A stretch of 64,000 nt of DNA, taken from Squalus acanthias (taxonomy: Eukaryota). Positions 1 to 12,111 of the stretch are shown one piece after another. The first letter of the stretch is position 1. The number at the start of each line of letters is the position of its first letter. The stretch is from assembly GCA_030390025.1 (NCBI GenBank), contig CM059433.1, forward strand, positions 20,090,001 to 20,154,000. Reading direction: 5' to 3'. A model generated the notes under the pieces. That model searched no databases and was not told the DNA's origin. It saw only the letters and a program-made list of their open reading frames with translations. A program made the position numbers and the translations under genes.

Positions 1-187
1 CTGAGGCAGTCAGCGAGATGCTGTTTTTGCGAAGCTAACGGCAGAGCGGCACAATTCAGACAGCAACTTTTGCATATTCGCATTTAACCGCGCATCTGCC
101 CCTCGCCTGAAGTTCCTGTGCCATTTACCCATAAATAACGGTGAGCGGCGTTAGGCTCACCATTATTTTGACAGCAAAATTTGTCCC
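1..187. mobile_element. Terminal part of a non-autonomous DNA element (MITE), cut by the window edge
   Basis: Ends GCAAAATTTGTCCC. The GACAGCAACTT...GCAAA(A)TT..CC segment resembles the right end of the element at 54260-54998. Confidence 0.5.
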
Positions 188-345
188 ATTATGCTTCTTC
201 AGAGGATGCACATTCCGCTTAATACACTTGCAATATGCCATGAGGACAACATCATCCTCTGTGATATTTTTGGAATCAGCATTCTTGGTGGTGAGTCACA
301 ATAGTTATGTATGAAAACAAATGGATGGCCTTTTCTTGAGTTTAA

Positions 346-1080
346 GGGGTTGATATTAACCACCACCACATGACGGATGGGAGAGGGTCGGGGGTTAAAA
401 ATTAAAATCCATGAAACGGGACCCCAACATACCGCGTACATGCCTGCCGCCATTTTTACGGCAGTGGGTTGCAAGCTGTGTCTGTGTCCTGTCTTGGAGA
501 GGCGGGAATCTTCATTATAATATTTAAGTCAGGCTCCCACAGTGCAGTTGGGAGCTTGATTTAAATTTAACAGTTGCCGGCCGACAGCTAAATGGAGAGC
601 TGAGCAGCTGGATGCAGAAGCACTCCTTGTGAGCCAGGAGGAACAGCGGTGCTCCCCCCCCGCCGGCCCCTCAAGCAAACCTTCTGCCGATCGCAACCTC
701 TCCTCGCAGCCACGATCAGCTGACACACAGCCCCCCCCCCACCTCCAACCCCATATCACGAGCCGCCTACCCCTCAAACAACTGACCCCCCCACCCCACA
801 CCAATCCCCAATCATTCCCGATTGCCGAGGACTGTTCCCAGCTTCCTGCCGCTGGCTCTCGCGCCCGGCAGCCTGTCGGACAGCCTGCCAATCTGGTCAG
901 CTGCCGGGCAGGAAACGGAACAAAGAAATGATAATGAGGTCCTAGCCGTTATATTCGGCAGGAACTCCACGTCTCCGCCCGGGATTTCTTGGTTTCCACC
1001 CCACCCACTTCCCCCCCCCCCAACCCGGCTCTACTGCATTCCCCCACATCCTCCCTGCCTCCCCAGTAAATATTAGGGCC
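346..1080. mobile_element. GC-rich MITE, PIF/Harbinger-like
   Basis: Imperfect TIRs GGGGTTGATATT / AATATTAGGGCC and flanks TAA/CAA. Removing it rejoins a sequence colinear with 39790-40080. Confidence 0.55.
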
Positions 1081-1629
1081 CAAGTAATAGATGCTGAAGA
1101 AAGATTTAATCAGTCAGTTCAATTCATCAGAATGAATTTTTGAATGCTATTGGATCTCCTCCTTCCAAAATACTAACCCTACCAGCTGTTCCCTGGCCTC
1201 AACCACCCTTCCCGGCAGTCTGTTACAGCCATTGTCCACCCTCCATTTCAAGGAAAACTTGCTAGTGTCCACGCAAAAGAATGGCCTTAACAACCTGTGT
1301 CGTCTTGTCTACTGCACGGGTGTATTTGGAAGTATTGTTCCAAGTTTCCTTTCTCTATCCCGGTAGTTCTTGTACATATACTCGATAAGATCTCCCCAGT
1401 GAAGTTGCTTCTCAACACTAAAGAGCACCAGCTTATCAAATTGCTGCTTGTAGCTCTTTCCTCTGATCCCAGCTTTTTGCTGTCTTCTGAATGCCTCGAG
1501 GGTTTAGATTTATTCCCCCTCCCCCATCTATGGGTATGGCAAGCTTGGTACTTAAACGTGTCCAGTCATTGTGGAGCAGCAAGTAACAAAGAAAGTCATG
1601 TTAAAATTCATGTTAAAACTGTACAATAC

Positions 1630-2730
1630 TCTAGTTAGACCAGATGCTGAGTACTATGCCCAGTTTTAGTTATCGAGACAAACAGGGGACATTCAAACAC
1701 TGAGGGCAGTGCAAAGAACAGCCGTGAGGTTCAGCATTAGAGGGCTGAGCTATGAAGAAAAACCAGAGAGGCAGCAACTGAGATGGGAGCTCATGGGATG
1801 TGTGAGATGGTAAATTGTATCTAAAAAGGAAATTCTGGAACACTACTTCAAATTAAGCTGCAATGGAAGGACAAGAAGACACAGGTTCAAACAACAACTT
1901 GCCTTGATATAATGCTTTGAACATGAAAACATTTCCCAAGGTACAAACAGAGGCATAAGGAAAATGGACACTGAGACAAAGGAGAGGTTTGGAGGGGTGA
2001 CCAAAAGCTTAGTCGAAGAGCTGAGTTTTAAGGAGGGCCTCAAAAAAACAGAGGCACGTGGAGGGGTTTAGGGAGGAAATTCTGAAGACATGACAGCCAA
2101 AGGTGGGGCCAAAGGTGTGGAGGGTGAGATGTGAAAACGGACAGAGTCAGAGGAATGGAGAGTGCAGGGAGGGGGAACTTGTAGTGCTGGCGGAGGTTAC
2201 AGAGATAGAGAAGGGCGAGGCTGTGGATGGATTTAAACACAAAGTTGAGATTTTTAAATTGAGGGTAGGCTTTTTGTGGAGAGGTGATGATAGTTTTGAA
2301 AGGGTGGGGCAAGTCTGAGAAAAGGGAAGCCATTTACAATATCGCCTAAAATGGGAAATGAGATGATCAGGAGTTTAGAGGTAATGGGGTCGTGGGAGCA
2401 GGAGGTCGGTCTCATGGATAAGATGAGTTTGGAGAAGGTGGAAGAGAGTTGGGGAGGAGAAATTAGAGAGGCAAAGGAAAGAGTTTAGGGTAAGGGCAAG
2501 TTTGGGTTTAGTGGGCAAGGGGAACTTGGGGGTGTGGGGTGCAAGCAGCAGAGGCAGCTGAATGGATACAAGGGAAATTTAGGACTAATGTCAGGAAGTT
2601 CTTCACTCAGAAAAGGATCAACACATGGAATGAACTTTCAGGTAAAGTTGCAGAGATGAAAATGCCTGTGATCATTTAAGAAACACCCGGATGCTGTGAT
2701 GGAGGAACTGCAATTACTCACTTTCTGGAT
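1630..2730 (+). mobile_element. Old degraded CR1 LINE 3' remnant, interrupted by L2
   Basis: Remnants of the CR1 ORF2 C-terminus (CACAGGTTCAAA...AAGGGAAATTTAGGACTAATGTCAGGAAG, i.e. HRFK..KGKFRTNVRK) lie either side of an L2 insert. Confidence 0.55.
1890..2565 (-). mobile_element. L2 LINE fragment (3' tail plus internal piece)
   Basis: Begins with the AACAACAACTTGC tail and is the reverse complement of the L2 3' ends at 20020-20314 and 38700-39155. Confidence 0.7.
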
Positions 2731-2737
2731 GAGCATT

Positions 2738-3126
2738 TGTTTTTAATCATTCTCAGGATCTAGGCATTGCTGATGAGGCTAGCATTTATTGTCCATCCCT
2801 AGTTGCCCTGAGAGGTTGTGTTAGGCCTTCTTCTTTGAATTAAATGGCTTTCTAGGTTACTTCGTCAATTAAGAGTCAACCATGTTGATGTGGGACTGGA
2901 GTCACTGGGTAGGGATAGAAGGTTTCCTTCTTAAACGACGTTTGTGAACAAGTTGGGTTTTTACGACGATCTCACAGCTTTGTGGTCACTTTTACTAATA
3001 TCAGCTTTTTATTTTCAAATTTTTATAACTCAGAATTCAAATACTCAGACTTCCATAGTGGGATTTGAACTCATGTTCCCTGGATAATTAGTCCTAGGCT
3101 TCCTAGGCCAGTAACATAACCACTAG
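2738..3126 (-). mobile_element. tRNA-derived SINE whose tail matches the 3' end of the Zenon-like LINE
   Basis: B-box-like GAGTTCAAATCCC on the minus strand (~3060-3072). The tail GCATTTATTGTCCATCCCTAGTTGCCCTGAGA matches the LINE ends at 6460-6500, 18030-18070 and 45280-45320. A second copy is at 23265-23700. Confidence 0.7.
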
Positions 3127-3153
3127 GATGGGCGGAATGGTTTTGCAGATCTG

Positions 3154-5435
3154 CATAGAATCATGGAATCATAGAAATAAATGGCACAGAAGGAGGCCAT
3201 TCGGCCCATCATGTCTGTGCCTGTCAAAAAAGAGCTTTCCAGCCTAATCCCACTTTCCAGCTCTTAGTCCGTAGCCTTGTAGGTTACGGCACTTCAAGTG
3301 CATATCCAAGTACTTCTTAAACGTGATGAGGGTCTCTGCCTCTACCACCTTTTCAGGCAGTGAGTTCCAGACCTTTGGGTGAAAAAAGTTCTCCTCAATT
3401 CCCCTTTAGTCCTCTACCAATTACTCTAAATCTATGCCCCCTGATTATTGACCTCTCTGCTAAGGGAAATAGGTCCTTCCTATCCACTCTATCTAGGCCC
3501 CTCATAATTTTATACACCTCAATTAAGTCTTTCCTCAGCCTCCTCTGCTCCAGAGAAAACAACTACAGCCGATTCAATCTTTCCTCATAGATAAAATTTT
3601 CCTGTCCTGGCAAAATCCTCGGAAATCTCCTCTGTACCCTCTCTAGAGCAATCATATTTTTCCTGTAATGTGATGACCAGAACTGTGGCCTCACTAGTGT
3701 TTTATACAATTCTAGCATAACCTCTCTACTTTTATATTCTATGCTTCGACTAATAAAGGAAAGTATCCCATATGCCTGCTTAACCACCTTATCTACCTGT
3801 CCTGCTACCTTCAGGGATCTGTGGACATGTACTCCAAGGTCCCTCTGTTCCTCTACACTTCTCAGTATCCTACTATTTATTGTGTATTCCCTTGCCTTGT
3901 TAGCTCTCCCCAAATGCATTACCTCACACTTCCCAGGATTGAATTTCATTTGCCACTTTTCTGCCCACCTGACCAGTCCATTGATATCTTCTGGCAGTCT
4001 ACAGCTTTCTTCCTCACTATCAACCACACGGCCAATTTTTGTATCATCTGCAAACTTCTTAATCATGCCCCCTACATTGAAGTCTAAATCATTGATATAT
4101 ACCACAAAAAGCAAGGGACCTAGTACTGAGCCCTGCGGAACCCCACTGGAAACAGCCTTCCAGTCACAAAAACACCCATTGACCATTACCCTTTGCTTCC
4201 TGCCACTGAACCAATTTTGGATCCAACTTGCCAATTTCCCTTGCATCCCATGGGCTTTTACTTTTCTGACCAGTCTGCCATGTGGGACCTTGTCAAAAGC
4301 CTTGCTAAAATCCATGTAGACTGCATCAAACGCACTACCCTCATCAACCCTCCTTGCTACTTCCTCAAAAAATTCAATCAAGTTAGTCAGACACGTGCTT
4401 TCCTTAACAAATCCATGCTGAATGTCCTTTATTAATCCGTGCCTTTCTAAATGACGACGAATACAAATTTTTTCTAATAATTTGCCCGCCACTGAGGTTT
4501 GGCCGACTGGTCTGTAATTACTTAGTCGATCCCTTTCTCCCTTTTAAAATAATGGTATGTTAGCAGTCCTCCAGTCCTCCGCCACCACCCCTGTAGCCAG
4601 AGAGGATTGGAAAATGCTGGTCAGAGCCTCCGCTATTTGTTCCCTTGCTTTTCTGAACAGCCTGGGATACATTTCATCCGGGTCTGGTGATTTATCTATT
4701 TTCAAAGATGCTAAACCCCTTAATACTTCCTCTCCCACTATATTTATTTCATCTAATATTTCACACTCCTCCTCCTTAACTACATGTCTGCATCGTCCCT
4801 CTCTTTTGTGAAGATAGATGCAAAGTACTCATTAAGAACCATGCCCACGTCTTCTGCCTCAACAGACAGGTTACCTTTTTGGTCTCTAATAGGCCCTACT
4901 CTTTCTTTAGTTATCCTCTCGCTCTTTATGTATTTATAAAACATCTTTGGATTTTACTTGCCAATATTTTTTCATGCCCTCTCTTTGGTTTCCTCATTTC
5001 CTTTTTAATTTCACCCCTGCACTTTCTGTACTCCTCCAGGCTTTCTGCAGTATTTAGCTCTCGGTATCTGGCATAAGCTTCCCTTTTTTTGCCTGTATCC
5101 TACCCTGTATTCCCCATGACATCAGGGGGCTCTAGATTTGGGAGTCCCACCCTTTTTCTTTGCGGGAACATATTTGCTCTGAACCCTCACTATCTCCTCC
5201 TTGAATGCCTCCCACTGCTCTAACACTGATTTACCTTCAAGTAGCTGTTTCCAGTCCACTTTTGCTAAATCACATCTCAGCTTCGTAAAATTGGCCTTTC
5301 CCCAATTGAGAACATTTACTCCGAGTCTATCGTTGTCCTTTTCCATAACTACACTAAATCTAACTGAATTATGATCACTACCACCAAAATGCTCTCCCAC
5401 TGATAACCCCTTCCACCTGACCAGTTTCATTCCCT
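3154..5435 (-). mobile_element. CR1 LINE, 5'-truncated, with ORF2 RT pseudogene
   Basis: ORF 3563-4492 has [25 protein letters not shown] and KFADDTK. ORF 5122-5430 has the endonuclease motif SDHN. Tail of (CATAGAAT)n-like repeats at 3154-3178; multiple frameshifts. Confidence 0.95.
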
Positions 5436-6186
5436 TGCACCTATCTTGTGATCTTAAGAATTGCTAAAAGAATATTTTGACAAGTATAGATGTTGTTCAA
5501 TATCGAAGTAAATAAAATCCCTTGCAGCTCTGCTATCTAGAAGTGTATAACCGTGCAATGTTATTTTCACCTTCTGAGTGCTGAGGAAAAACAATATGAA
5601 ATCTTTAAAAGCTATGACATGAAATGCTTGTGAAACAGAAGTGCTTAGCCTGGCAAGCCACTGTTGACACTAAATTCAGATTTTTCTGACAATTTAATTA
5701 CATTTCAAAACTTTCTTTCTCCTATATCATTGATATAAGTGGCTTCTGACATGCTATCTATTTATAATGGAATATGATTTCCACCAACATCTTTGCCAAG
5801 AAACTGAAAGGCCATAAAAGCTGCTTTTAAGTCTGTAGCTTGTGAGAGTAACTCGGTAGTCAAGACCGATTTGGGCACTGATTTGAGATTTTGGAAAGGC
5901 TAATATATCTGCCTAATTATTACATATGCGAAGGATGTTGTAATCTCTCAGCCATGCCACTGGTGAGAATATCTCCAGGGTTTTCCTTATTAAATGTTCC
6001 TATAAGCCAGATGACTTGCTCTTAATTGTGATGCATTTTTCCTGTGGACAGTCTTTATGCTGTCTCAACTGTTTGATATTGATGATCGACTCGGGTGATT
6101 TATCTATTGGAATTGAAAATTTATCGGGGAATTTAACTGAAATGTGCTTCTGGCATGGGGCCCTGCATTTCAAGGAAATGGGGCAG

Positions 6187-7390
6187 TGCTGAAGGAGTGC
6201 TGCACTGTCAGAGGAGCCGACTATCAGATAAAATATTAAACCGAGGTTCCAGTTGCCCTCTCAGGTAGACATAAAAGATCCCTTGGCAGTTTTCGAAGAG
6301 CAAGGGAGTTTTCCAGGTGTCCTGGCTAACAGTTATCCGTCAACCAACACCTAAAACGGATGATCTGGTCATTTACTTCATTGCCGTTTGTGGGAGCTGG
6401 CTGTGTGCAAATTGGCTTTTTTTTCATTCGTTCATGGGATGTGGGCGTCGCTGGAAAGGCTATAATTTATTGCCCATCCTTAATTGCCCTTGAGAAGGTG
6501 GTGGTGAGCCGCTTTCTTGAACTGCTGCAGTCCGTGTGGTGAAGGTACTCCCACAGTGCTGTTAGGGAGGGAGTTCCAGGATTTTGACCCAGCGACAATG
6601 AAGGATCAGCGAAAGGATCAGCGATATACTTCTAAGTCAGGATGGTGTGTGACTTGGAGGGGAACTTGGAGGTGGTGGTGTTCCTATGCACCTGCTGCCC
6701 TTGTCCTTCTAGGTGGAAGAGGTCATTGGTTTGGGAGGTGCTGTCGAAGAAGCCTTGGCGAGTTGCTGCAGTGCATCTTGTAGATGGTACACACTGCAGC
6801 CACGGTACGCTGGTGGTTGAAGGAGTGAATGTTTAAGATGGTTGATAGGGTGCCGATCAAGTGGGCTGCTTTGTCCTGGATGGTGTCGAGTTTCTTGAGT
6901 ATTGTTGGAGCTGCACTCATCCAGGCAAGTGGAGAGTATTCGATCACACTCCTGACTTGTGCCTTGTAGATGGTGGATAGGCTTTGGGGAGTCAGGAGGT
7001 GAGACACTCGCCGCAGAATACCTAGCCTCTGACCTGCCCTTGTTGCCACAGTATTTATGTGGCTGGTCCAGTTAAGTTTCTGGTCAGTGGTGACCCCCAG
7101 GATGTTGATGGTGGGGGATTCGGCAATGGTAATGCCGTTGAATGTCAAGGGGCGGTGGTTAGACTCTTGCTTGTTGGAAATAGTCATTGCCTGGCACTTG
7201 TGTGGCATGAATGTTACCTGCCACTTATCAGCCCAAGCCTGAACATTGTCCAGGTCTTGTTGCATGCGGGCTGTCGCATTTCCTACATTACAACAGTGAT
7301 CACAATTCAAAAGTACTTAATTGGCTGTAAGGCGCTTTGAGACATCCTAAGGTCATGTAAGGCGCTATATTAATGCAAGTTCTTTCTTCT
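6187..7390 (+). mobile_element. Deu-domain SINE (SacSINE1/AmnSINE1-like), split by a LINE insertion
   Basis: GGAGTGCTGCACTGTCAGAGG...AAAAGATCCC...GTGCAAATTGGCT resumes after 7270 as GTCGCATTTCCTACATTACAACAGTG...GCGCTATATTAATGCAAG, matching the recalled DeuSINE consensus. Confidence 0.8.
6418..7270 (-). mobile_element. CR1-group (Zenon-like) LINE 3' fragment, copy 1
   Basis: ORF 6723-7310 has QQDLDNVQAWADKWQVTF and STIYKAQVRSVIEYSPLAW. T-run (poly-A tail) at 6417-6424; same family as 17990-18834 and 45251-47160. Confidence 0.85.
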
Positions 7391-7662
7391 TGTATTATTT
7401 TTGATTAATAGCTGACCAGCTTTCTAATTGAGCTTACATCAGGGGTGAGCAATGTTATTCAAGCATGAATGTATTACTGAGCCACAGACAAGATAAATTG
7501 TCTGGCGGTTGTGTCTTTATAAAACATATCAAAGACTGACTCTGTCACTTCTGTAATATAACTGTGGATACATAGAGATTAAAAGTTAACTGAAACTTAA
7601 AAGGGAGGCTTGGCATAAAGTTAGGGCTAGCAATATTCAAGATAATCATGAGGAATATATGT

Positions 7663-8596
7663 GGCCGAACTCCAAACCATCGTCAACACCTTCACCGAAG
7701 CGTACGAGAGCATGGGCCTTACATTAAACATCCATAAAACAAAGGTCCTCTACCAACCTGCCCCCAAAAATCCATGACGAGGCCTTGGACAATGTGGACC
7801 ACTTTCCATATCTCGGGACCCTACTGTCAACAATGGCAGACGTCGATGACGAAGTCCAACACCGCCTTCAGTGTGCCAGTGCATCCTTCGGTCGCCTGAG
7901 GAAGAGAGTGTTTGAAGACCAGGACCTCAAACCCAGCACCAAGCTCATGGTCTACAGAGCAGTAGTGATACCCGCCCTCCTGTATGCTTCAGACCATGTA
8001 CAGCAGGCACCTCAAAACACTGGAGAGGTACCACCAACGCTGCCTCCGCAAGATCCTGCAAATCCATTGGCAGGATAGGCGCACCAACGTCAGTGTTCTC
8101 GCTCAGGCCAACATCCCCAGCATCGAAGCTTTGACCACGCTCGACCAGCTCCGATGGACGGGCCACATCGTCCGCATGCCCGATACGAGACTCCCAAAAC
8201 AAGCACTCTACTCGGAGCTCCGACACGGCAAGAGAGCCCCAGGTGGGCAGAGGAAACGCTTCAAGGACACTCTCAAAGCCTCCTTGAAAAAGTGCAACAT
8301 CCCCACCGACACCTGGAAATCCCTGGCCCAAGACCGCACAAAGTGGAGGAGAAGCATCCGAGAAGGCGCCGAACACCTCGAGTCTCTTCGCCGGGAGCAA
8401 GCAGAAGCCAAGCGCAAACAGCGCAAGGAGTGCACGTCAACCCAAGCACCCCACCCACCCGCCCCTTGAACCACCGTCTGCCCCACCTGTGACAGAGACT
8501 GTAGGTCCCGCATTGGACTCATCAGTCACATGAGAACTCATTTTTAGTGTGGAAGCAAGTCATCCTCGGGTCGAGAGACTGCCTAAGAAGAGAAGA
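7663..8596 (+). mobile_element. RTE (BovB-related) LINE 3' fragment
   Basis: Translates to GLTLNIHKTKV, FPYLG, TKLMVYRAVVIPALLY, HIVRMPDTRLPKQALYSEL and GGQRKRFKDTLK, then C-terminal CPTC...H..TH. Tail GACTGCCTAAGAAGAGAAGA. Confidence 0.9.
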
Positions 8597-8599
8597 TTA

Positions 8600-9235
8600 G
8601 GGAGGTGAAGATGAAGATTAGAATGGCTAAAAAGGAATGAGAAAAATGACTATCAGATAATAACAAAAGAAATAATAAAGACTTTTATAAGCATAAAGAA
8701 AGTACAAAAATAGTTAGAGAGGATAGGACCACTCGGGGATGAATGAACGACTCTTGTTGTGGAGAATTAAAGTTTGGCATAAATATTTTGCATTGGCTTT
8801 AAAAATGATGGCGCAAGGGAGAACATAGATGTACTAGAGGGGAATTGGTTCGAAATAAAAATAGCAGAAATCAAGGTGGATGTATCACTGAGCCCTGATG
8901 ACATTCATCTGGACTGTTGAAAAAAGTTAGAGAAAAGGGATCAGAGGCTCTGGCTGCAATTTTTCCAGTTAGTCTAATGTGAGTCGTGGGAAAACTCTGT
9001 TAGAATCCATAATTTAATATAAAGTTAGTGAGCATTTAGAAATTCATGGGTTAACCAAAGCCTGTCAACATGGATTTGTTAAAAGCGGGTTATGTTTGAC
9101 AAGTTTAATAAGAATTTTTTGAAGAAGTGACAAATTGGATAGATAAAGGAAATATAGTCAATGGATAGTATACGTATTTTAAGAAGACTTTCAATAAGAC
9201 TTTCAAGAGGTGTGTTAGAAAAATAAGGTATAAGA
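8600..9235 (+). mobile_element. Old degraded CR1 ORF2 remnant
   Basis: Decayed matches to PDDIH, QHGFVK(G)..CLT.L and EFFEEVT..IDKG. Confidence 0.6.
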
Positions 9236-9659
9236 GGCTCTCCCAGTCCCTCACCAAAACTTCAGCAGGAGACCGGTGGAACCCACCACCAACCGCACCG
9301 CCCCCCCCCCCCGCTGAAAAAAACCCAGTTGAGTTACAGATTTTAGGGTCCGTGTATCGGAAAAGTGGGGAGGAAAAAATGTTAAATAAGTGAGGGGAAC
9401 TAAATCTACTGACACGAGGCGACTTTGTCTCTTAATGTGAACAGAAAGCTTGGCTTGTATTTAATTAGGTGGAACTTTTGTGTGTTATCTTTTTTTATGA
9501 AATGCAATTAGTCATTCTGGCTCTTTCTATTTAATAGATGTTTGGTGAATCCGATTATTCAGAAAGGAGAATTTTTTTTTGATAAAATGTGTGTGGTCAT
9601 TTTCGTGGAACATGATGAGGAAGATAACTAATTAGAAAGCGGATAAATGCATCAATCAG

Positions 9660-10030
9660 GAAATTGGTAGCGTTTCTTTTTAATGTGGGGCCGGGGGTAG
9701 CACTCCTTCTTCTCCTGGCTCCACATTCAGGTAAGTATATTTTAAAAAACCTACCTTGTTGGTTGCGGGTTAACAGGTGGTCCCTTTAAGGACCCTCTGT
9801 TCGGCCACATGTAGGCCGAGTTTTTCTGAGTGCAACCGGAAAACCCATCTTGCAGTGGGGACCTCAAACAGGCATTAGGCCCCTTATTTGTATAAGCGAA
9901 GGGTATAACCCTTGTTTCAGGCATGGGGACTGCACGCCGAGCTACACTTGTGGCTCATAATGAGTTATCCGCCATATTGAAAACTTAGGAGACCTAAGGT
10001 CTCCTTCTTTGGCTCGCTGTCAATTTTGGA
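9660..10030. mobile_element. MITE remnant (family shared with 27700-27910 and 40195-40981)
   Basis: Shared internal motifs CACTCCT..CTCCACA..AGGTAAGT and CCCCTTATTTGTAT..G.AAAGG..TGTTTCAGG. Confidence 0.5.
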
Positions 10031-11832
10031 AGCACCTTGGGATGCTTCACTACGCTAAAGGTGCTATATAAAAGCAAGCGGCTGCTGTAATTCCACAAAC
10101 ACCAGTGAGGTGAATGACCGATTCATTTGGTTTTGCTTCAGGGAGAAACATTGGCCAAGACAACACTCTGTTGTTCTTGAAATCATGTCTTTGGATCTTT
10201 AACAAGCTTCTGAAACAAGCAAGCCAATCTTCAGTCTAACACCTCTAATGAAACACAGCACCTTGACAACACAAATACATAGACTTGTTTATTTATTGGT
10301 CATCACTTTTGTATCTATGCATAACTTTGAAGACAGATGGTGGCCCTGAGTGATTGTGGTTAGGCAAACATCTGGATTGCAGCTGAGCAAACATTGGGCA
10401 CCACTGCTGCTTTGGGTTCCTAAAGTTACCAATCAAGATCCACATAACATGCAATAATGATTTTCATAAAATGGTATTCTAATGGGCTTGAATTGTGTTT
10501 CTGATTATTGTCTGTATGTACTCAAGGCTAGTCTCCCTCCCTGATCATCCAATGTCATTAACTGTAACTCTAAAAATATCTAATTTATTACTTTGATGTC
10601 AGTATAAATGTGATGTTCATAAGATCTCAATTTAGACACAGTTGAAGAAGTTCATTGGCCCATTCTAATTGTGAAGCTGAGTATAGTTGACTGCAATTGA
10701 GGTCATTGCTAACCTTGCGTCGCATAATCTCTGCAGAAGTATATCATGTAAAATGTACAGATCCCAGATCTTCGGGTTTACATGAATTGCTGTGAAACCA
10801 TTGAAAGGAAAAGCAATACTTGGAAAAAAAACGTTGCAGCGTGACTTATACTGAGACCGATAGAAATTATTTTGAAATGTACAGTCCAAGATTACTTGTT
10901 GAATTATTTTTTTTACATGCACATTCTTGTGGTATTACTCTCTTTATAGTTCTACGCGAGCCAGTTCTTGCAGATGAATCACCCATTAGCGTGGAAAAAT
11001 TGCCAGTTGGCACACATTGGCAATTGAGCACTAAGGGGACATTTATTTTAGAAACTTTAGCAGCACTGTGTATTCTCAGAGAAATTTATTCTTTTCTTCC
11101 TTTTTATTCATCAATTTTGCCGAAAAGAAACATTCTCAGCCTCGATCTAGCATGCTATCTTGTCAGCTGAGAAGTAATTTGGATTTAAGACCTGTGGAAG
11201 AAGGAATGCAGCAATGTCTTTTTCACGACCACAAGGCACATCCCATCGCACTGTATTTTCAAATTGTTGTCACATGGGTTGGCATGAATTTTGTGTCACT
11301 TTTAAGAAGAAATCATGGTCTGATGCAAGATTGCTTTTAATTTTACTGGAAGTTTGACAATTGTTGCAGCCCCATAGCATTTTCTTTTGTGCTCAATGTT
11401 CCTTATGTGGGTGTCCATACTGCATATCAAATAATGTGTGAGAGAATTACATGATTTGCTATTTAAAAGTCAAATAAATTTGCTTCCATCTCTTCCTATT
11501 GGTCCAGTAGCCAAATCTAAGACATCAGCTGCTTGCTGCTTCGGAAAGTAAGGGGTGATGATGAACAAAAAGGTACAACAATGGTCAATATTTAAAGGAG
11601 ACAGTGATAGAGTTCAGGAGAAATATATTCCACTGAAAAATAAGAACAAACAAGCCAAGAATGAGACGCTATGGATAAACAAAGAGGTGAGGATAAAACT
11701 GAATCTAAAGAAAAGGGGATACATGAGCAGTAAAGGAAAGGGTGACAAAAAGGGTATATGATGAGTTTATGAAAGAGGTAAAAAAAAGTCAACTGGAAGG
11801 CAAAGAGAAAATATGAAATAAAAATATCAAAG

Positions 11833-12071
11833 TGTGGCGGATCGCCACCTAAACGGGCATTATCCACTTTTCCGTCCATGGACAAATATCGAGCACCTTC
11901 CCTTTAAGGCACCTTACCTTTAAGGCAGGAGTGGGCGGGGCCTCAGGGTTTTCCCAGAGAATTCTGGGAGCAGTCTGTTCAGCCATTTTGTACCATGCTG
12001 CGGTATTAAAAAAGCCTCTGTTTCCCACACATGGATTCAGCCTTAATTCGTGTTTCGCGGCAGCCTCAACA
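11833..12071 (+). repeat. 5' LTR
   Basis: TGTGGCGG...CCTCAACA; 6 substitutions versus the 3' LTR by manual comparison. Confidence 0.97.
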
Positions 12072-12072
12072 T

Positions 12073-12086
12073 TGGTGACCCCGACG
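12073..12086 (+). promoter_or_regulatory. Primer-binding site, tRNA-Trp
   Basis: TGGTGACCCCGACG lies 1 nt after the LTR and equals the start of the known tRNA-Trp PBS (TGGTGACCCCGACGTGAT). Confidence 0.92.
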
Positions 12087-12111
12087 CTCAGAACGTATTC
12101 CGAGCACTGCA

